From assembly GCA_038248345.1 (NCBI GenBank), contig JBBRXO010000090.1, positions 1 through 10,834 on the forward strand: DNA of 10,834 nt, read 5' to 3'. A program made the position numbers and the translations under genes. The notes beneath the pieces are model-generated. The model was not told the DNA's origin. It saw only the letters and a list, made by a program, of their open reading frames with translations, and searched no databases. The stretch is from Armatimonadota bacterium (GTDB lineage: Bacteria > Armatimonadota > Hebobacteria > CAIYQO01). Positions 6,626 to 10,834 of this stretch are shown here, in pieces. Positions within the stretch are counted from its first letter, which is position 1. The number at the start of each line of letters is the position of its first letter.

Positions 6626-6661
6626 ATGAGACACTTTATCATTATCCAGCGTTACTGTCAA
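6626..6661 (-). promoter_or_regulatory. Sigma70-type promoter with an overlapping Fur-like box; probably a leaderless transcript
   Basis: Minus strand TTGACA (6661-6656), 17 nt, TAAAGT (6638-6633), 7 nt, ATG, with no SD. GATAATGATAAAGTGTCTC (6646-6628) matches the classical Fur box at 14/19 positions. Confidence 0.75.
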
Positions 6662-6737
6662 TCGTAATTTAAGCTTCTTCCACCGACAATTAGGCATGGA
6701 TGTTCGTTTGCTGTATGATACTTCGTCTCACTAACCA

Positions 6738-6784
6738 AATAGCGCTATTCAGGGTGGTTGCCGTTGTTAGCCACCTCCTTTAGG
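6738..6784. repeat. REP-like element, copy 2 (inverted relative to 1870-1916; outer hairpin arm lost)
   Basis: AATAGCGCTATTCAGGGTGGTTGCCGTTGTTAGCCACCTCCTTTAGG versus the reverse complement of copy 1, AATAGCGCGTTTCAGCGTGCTTGCCGTTATTAGCCACCTCCTTCAGG: 6 mismatches in 47. Confidence 0.8.
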
Positions 6785-6952
6785 GGCTTGTGTTAGGAAT
6801 CCTCATCACATTTGTCAACTAAAGCTGACAATGCTGGACATTTGTCCTACTTCTGCTACGGCTGATGCTACTCATCTGCGTGTCATGAGAATACAATATT
6901 CATGGACAATCGAAATTGGCTATTTGACCATGATCCATAAGGGGAGATTACC

Positions 6953-8449
6953 ATGAAGGCCTTGCTGGTTTACCCGGAATACCCGGAAACCTTTTGGAGC
7001 TTCAAGCATGCCTTGAAGTTCATCGGCAAAAAAGCCGTCTACCCGCCATTAGGTCTGTTGACGGTGGCGGCGATGCTGCCTGCTGATTGGGAGCCACGGC
7101 TGATCGACATGAACGTCACAGCCTTGCGGGACGAAGATTTGCGCTGGGCTGATGTTATCCTCATCAGCGCCATGTCGATACAGACATTATCAGTTCACGA
7201 AGTGATCAGCCGAAGCAAGGCCTGCGGAAAACTTATCATTGCCGGCGGCCCATTGTTCACCTCGCTGCCAGACGATTTCGCCGATGTCGATCACCTGGTG
7301 CTCAATGAAGCAGAGATCACCCTACCGCAATTCCTGCACGACTTCACGAACGGAAACGCACAACATTGCTACACCACTGCGGAACACGCCGACCTGAGTA
7401 CGACGCCGATTCCGCGCTGGGAGCTTATCGAGCGCAAGCAATACACCTCGATGAATCTCCAGATGACACGCGGCTGTCCGTTCGATTGTGAATTCTGCAA
7501 TATTACCTCGTTGTTTGGCCGCACGCCACGCATCAAGCACAGCGCGCAACTGCTTGCCGAGTTAGATCGCCTGTACACCCTCGGCTGGCGTGGGAAAGTC
7601 TTCTTTGTGGACGATAATTTCATCGGCCCGCTGGCTAAGGTGAAGCATGAGATCCTTCCGGCCATCATCACGTGGATGCAACGCCACAAGTATCCCTTCA
7701 CTTTTAACACCCAGGTGTCGTTAAATCTCGCGGATGATGCCGAGTTGATGACTCTCATGTCAGACGCCCGCTTCTCTACCGTGTTTATCGGCATTGAGTC
7801 TCCTAATGCCGCGAGCCTGGCCGAGTGTAATAAAATAACGAATAAAAACCGCGATCTGCTGGCCAGTGTCCGGGCCATTCATAACGCCGGTTTACAAGTG
7901 CAGGCAGGTTTTATCGTCGGTTTCGATAACGACCCCGCCTCGATTTTCGAGCAACTCATCACCTTCATTCAGGAGAGCGGCGTGGTCACGGCGATGGTGG
8001 GTCTGCTGAATGCAATGCCCGGCACGCGCCTGTTCCAACGGCTCCAGCAACAGTGTCGGCTCACCAGCGGTACTACCGGCGACAACACGGATTACACCAT
8101 GAACTTCGTGCCGGTGATGCCGTCCGACACCCTGCGCAGCGGCTACCAGCACATCATCGAGACCATTTATGCTCCAAACGCCTACTACTATCGCCTGAAA
8201 CAGTTTTTGCGCGCCTACCAGCCCAAACATCGGCAGATTCACGTCTTCAATCCAGGTGACCTGGTGGCTGCCTGGAAAGCCACCTGGTCGCTGGGATTGA
8301 TTGAAAAAGAGCGTAGCTACTATTGGCGTTTACTCTTCTGGTCGCTCTTTCACCGCCCGCGCCTGCTCCCACTGGCCATGGTGCTCACAGCCTACGGCTT
8401 CCACTTTCGCAAATGCTTTGAATTGCATCTGAAATCGGTGAGTGAGTAA
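6953..8449 (+). CDS. B12-binding-domain radical SAM protein with a DUF4070-type C-terminus (class B methyltransferase-like, substrate unknown)
   Basis: N-terminal TFWSF...PPLGLLTVAAMLP and AGGP (cobalamin-binding domain), RGCPFDCEFC (CxxxCxxC), FFVDDNFIG, VFIGIES, GFIVGFDND, PGTRL. RBS AAGGGGAG. Confidence 0.92.
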   Translation: MKALLVYPEYPETFWSFKHALKFIGKKAVYPPLGLLTVAAMLPADWEPRLIDMNVTALRDEDLRWADVILISAMSIQTLSVHEVISRSKACGKLIIAGGPLFTSLPDDFADVDHLVLNEAEITLPQFLHDFTNGNAQHCYTTAEHADLSTTPIPRWELIERKQYTSMNLQMTRGCPFDCEFCNITSLFGRTPRIKHSAQLLAELDRLYTLGWRGKVFFVDDNFIGPLAKVKHEILPAIITWMQRHKYPFTFNTQVSLNLADDAELMTLMSDARFSTVFIGIESPNAASLAECNKITNKNRDLLASVRAIHNAGLQVQAGFIVGFDNDPASIFEQLITFIQESGVVTAMVGLLNAMPGTRLFQRLQQQCRLTSGTTGDNTDYTMNFVPVMPSDTLRSGYQHIIETIYAPNAYYYRLKQFLRAYQPKHRQIHVFNPGDLVAAWKATWSLGLIEKERSYYWRLLFWSLFHRPRLLPLAMVLTAYGFHFRKCFELHLKSVSE

Positions 8450-8515
8450 TGGATCAAACGGTACCCCCATGGTAAATTTTACCTCAAAATATCGCATTAC
8501 CCCCCCTCAATGCGT

Positions 8516-8521
8516 TATAAT
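8516..8521 (+). promoter_or_regulatory. -10 element (TATAAT) 5 nt before ATG 8527; possible leaderless transcript
   Basis: Perfect TATAAT in the 77-nt intergenic gap, no SD, and no convincing -35. Confidence 0.5.
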
Positions 8522-8526
8522 ATGTC

Positions 8527-10569
8527 ATGCCTGTCTTGTCTCGTATGGTTTTTCGGTTGGCAATTATTGCTGTTACGCTGATGCTGGGTGTCGCCGCCTG
8601 GGCGGTAGATCTGCACCTGGTGGTGGATGCCGATCCCCCACGCATCGTCTTTGGCGGAGATAATCGCATCAACATCATGGTGCGTGTGTTGGACAGCGCC
8701 AATGCCCCGGCACCTGATGGCACACCCGTGCGCTTCATCACCACCCTCGGCACTATCCCCGCCGTCGCCTATACGCAACGCGGGCAAGTGAGTGTGCTGC
8801 TGGAGAATACGGACAAGCCCGGGCAGGCATTTGTCACCGTTACCGCGGGCAACGCTTCCATCTCCAAAACCGTGGAGTTCCTCGGGCAGAATTCCAACGC
8901 TACTAAAGTGGAGAAGCGACCACGCTACGTAATCAATGCTGATTCAGTCGACTATAGCTTCGATCAACGGGTCATCGATGTGATGGGCAAGGTAGAATTC
9001 GTCACCTCCCAATATACTGTGACAGCGAATCGCCTGCAATATGATCTGCGTACTAACATCCTCACTGCGCAGGATGAAGTAACGATCACCGCCGGCACAA
9101 AAACTATCTCCGGGCGTAAACTGGCGCTGAATGTCAACGCCAACTACGCTAATATCGCCGCCATGAACCCGGATATCCACTTCCTGCACGTCTCGCTGCC
9201 CGACCTGACCACGCTGGAGAACGAGGCCGCCCAGGTGGCGGATTACACCGCTATTGATCCGCGCCCCACCCAGACCTGGATCGTCTCCGACCGCGTCACC
9301 ATCTTCCCCAACGAGATGGTGCAATTCAAAAACCCCAAATATTACCTGGATAATTTTAAGCGTAAACTGATGTCCCTGCCCTACCATGTACTGGATTTAC
9401 GCTCCAGCGATGCCGGGATGTTGTTCAATACCAAAATCAGCATCGCCACCGACGGTGGCCTGAACGTCGATTTCCCCATCTACTTTGCCGCCGATGCCAA
9501 TAATCTGGGCGTCGTACATCTTCGCGAGGTCACCCGCGGCTCACAGTACTACCGCAATAACTCGGGCTTTCAGGTAGCGGTGAATGAAGAGTATCTGCTG
9601 GGTGATACCGGCAGTGGCGGAATATCCTTTGACGATCTTAACCACAGTACCCGCAGTGTCAACTGGGATCATAGCCAGCAGCTGGGGAGCGCCCAACTAA
9701 CCTTCCATGGCGGCTATAACCGCTATAGCGGCGATACCCCCTACTCAAAATCTCTGGGGATAACGGCCTCCGAGACAATCAGCCACGTGCCGCTCAATTT
9801 CACCACAAACTGGATGGCCTTCGACACCAGTCAGAACTCTTCCTCGGAGATAAACGCCTCATTGCCGCAGTTCAACCTGGGGAAGTCGGGGGTCAGCATC
9901 GGTTTTAGCCCGTATGCCGGCTACACCCACTCGATCGTACAGCCTTCGACAGCTACCCCGCTAGGGAGCGAGCAGCAGAATTTCTACCAGGGGATACGCG
10001 CCAACGTCGGACTGCCCACCGCCAAGGTACTGGGCTGGCAACTCTCCACCAACATGAGCGGCGATATCTCGCATGAGGGCGAAGGCTTCTACAACAGCTA
10101 CTTCGATGCTGGCATGTCCCTGCGGCGCTCCCTCACCCCGGAGTTTTCCACTTCCATCAGCTATGCGCTGGGTAGTTCCTCCTCGACCCAGAAAGACGCC
10201 AGCACCGAGACCACCCAACGCCTGAGCATGGATCTCTCTGGCTCCAGATATAACGCCTGGCAGACGTCCAACTACGTCTCCTATAATATCAAAGAGAAGT
10301 CGCTCTACGGCTCTACCAGCCTCACCGCCATGTTCCCCTGGTTCCGCGATCCCCAGGGCAATCCGCGCACCTTCTTCCGCTATACCGGCAATGCCTCCTT
10401 CAGCGACAACAACCGCAGCAATGCCGACCACCTGCTCTCGCTGGGCTACGACCTCGGCGCCTACGCGCTGGTGGTGCACTACTCCCCCACCAGTGACACC
10501 GGCGTCACCGGCATCGGCAACGCATCCGGCAAAAAGTGGGCGCTGGAAATTGTGCGCCAGGGCTGGTAA
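8527..10569 (+). CDS. Exported 680-aa envelope protein: Ig-like (invasin/Big-1) domain, OstA-like beta-jellyroll and probable beta-barrel (LptD-like)
   Basis: Signal peptide ending AWA. APDGTPVRFITTLGTI...GQAFVTVTAG is Big-1-like. INADSVDYSFDQRVIDVMGKV and ANRLQYDLRTNILTAQDEVTI are OstA-like repeats. The C-terminal half is Ser/Tyr/Gly-rich with amphipathic strands and ends in W. The ORF is secure; the function is inferred. Alternative start at 8545. Confidence 0.65.
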   Translation: MPVLSRMVFRLAIIAVTLMLGVAAWAVDLHLVVDADPPRIVFGGDNRINIMVRVLDSANAPAPDGTPVRFITTLGTIPAVAYTQRGQVSVLLENTDKPGQAFVTVTAGNASISKTVEFLGQNSNATKVEKRPRYVINADSVDYSFDQRVIDVMGKVEFVTSQYTVTANRLQYDLRTNILTAQDEVTITAGTKTISGRKLALNVNANYANIAAMNPDIHFLHVSLPDLTTLENEAAQVADYTAIDPRPTQTWIVSDRVTIFPNEMVQFKNPKYYLDNFKRKLMSLPYHVLDLRSSDAGMLFNTKISIATDGGLNVDFPIYFAADANNLGVVHLREVTRGSQYYRNNSGFQVAVNEEYLLGDTGSGGISFDDLNHSTRSVNWDHSQQLGSAQLTFHGGYNRYSGDTPYSKSLGITASETISHVPLNFTTNWMAFDTSQNSSSEINASLPQFNLGKSGVSIGFSPYAGYTHSIVQPSTATPLGSEQQNFYQGIRANVGLPTAKVLGWQLSTNMSGDISHEGEGFYNSYFDAGMSLRRSLTPEFSTSISYALGSSSSTQKDASTETTQRLSMDLSGSRYNAWQTSNYVSYNIKEKSLYGSTSLTAMFPWFRDPQGNPRTFFRYTGNASFSDNNRSNADHLLSLGYDLGAYALVVHYSPTSDTGVTGIGNASGKKWALEIVRQGW

Positions 10570-10577
10570 ACGTAGAC

Positions 10578-10832
10578 CTAACCCCCCGTATGCCCAAAGC
10601 CCCCGCCACGGTCATCACCCAGATGCGCCACGCAATCCACCGGGGTGAAGCAGGTAGCCGTGCGCGCCACCAGCACAAACTGCGCGATACGGTCGCCGAC
10701 ATTCACCGTATAATCCGCCGTTCCGGTATTGTGCAGGATGATCCCCACCTCATCGCGGTAGCCGGCGTCGATCAGCCCCGGGCTATTCGCCACGCGCAGC
10801 CCACTCTTCGCGCTCAATCCCGAGCGCGGAAA
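10578..10832 (-). CDS. dut: Trimeric dUTP diphosphatase; 5' end lies outside the window
   Basis: The frame is open to the window edge: FPRSGLSAK (motif II), PGLIDAGYRDEV (III), GDRIAQ (IV), RGGGFGHTG (V). Confidence 0.95.
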   Translation of the reverse strand, partial: FPRSGLSAKSGLRVANSPGLIDAGYRDEVGIILHNTGTADYTVNVGDRIAQFVLVARTATCFTPVDCVAHLGDDRGGGFGHTGG

Positions 10833-10834
10833 AA

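Noticed and set aside
4667..6697. Longer listed starts for the exported protein (4711), nikR (5194), permease (6151) and fur (6697)
   Set aside because: The extensions run through RBS, promoter or operator sequence. Downstream ATGs at 4666, 5119, 6145 and 6625 fit RBS/promoter positions and family lengths better.
8455..8483. Possible distal att copy (ACGGTACCCCCATGGTAA vs rlmH CCGTACCACAAGTAA) next to the palindrome GGTAAATTTTACC
   Set aside because: Similarity needs a gap and several mismatches over ~16 nt, which is no better than chance.
7322..10702. Antisense and off-frame ORFs inside the radical SAM, LptD-like and dut genes (e.g. 7369-7878, 8944-9387, 9961-10479, 10391-10648)
   Set aside because: They overlap well-supported genes, carry no recognisable motifs, and are expected in GC-rich coding DNA.
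10578..10770. dUTPase variants YRDEV (usually YRGE) and a short motif V (RGGGFGHTG) as signs of inactivation
   Set aside because: The catalytic Asp (IDAGY) and all other visible motifs are intact, so the variation is within the plausible family range.

Overview
Bacterial window, probably from a diderm anaerobe; Armatimonadota-like proteins are my inference, not shown directly. It opens with core genes: the 3' end of an aldo/keto reductase and rlmH (orfX). Directly downstream of rlmH is the wreck of an integrative element. The C-terminal third of a Ccr-like large serine recombinase (minus strand) is fused back-to-back at ~1578 with the C-terminal fragment of a CBM9/DOMON-like protein (plus strand). 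Next is a ~4.6 kb minus-strand metal-homeostasis module: Fur-family regulator, DUF2899/ArsP_2-type permease, nikR, an uncharacterised exported beta-barrel-like protein, fused nikMN (cbiM-PDGLE) and nikQ (cbiQ), with no ATPase gene. The module has two readable promoters, one overlapped by a Fur-like box and one by a NikR-like operator. It is bracketed by two inverted copies of a 47-bp REP-like sequence (1870-1916 and 6738-6784, 41/47 identical). The window ends with a B12-binding radical SAM (DUF4070-type) gene, a 680-aa Ig-domain/LptD-like envelope protein and the 3' part of dut. All family calls come from motif recognition only; no database searches were run.
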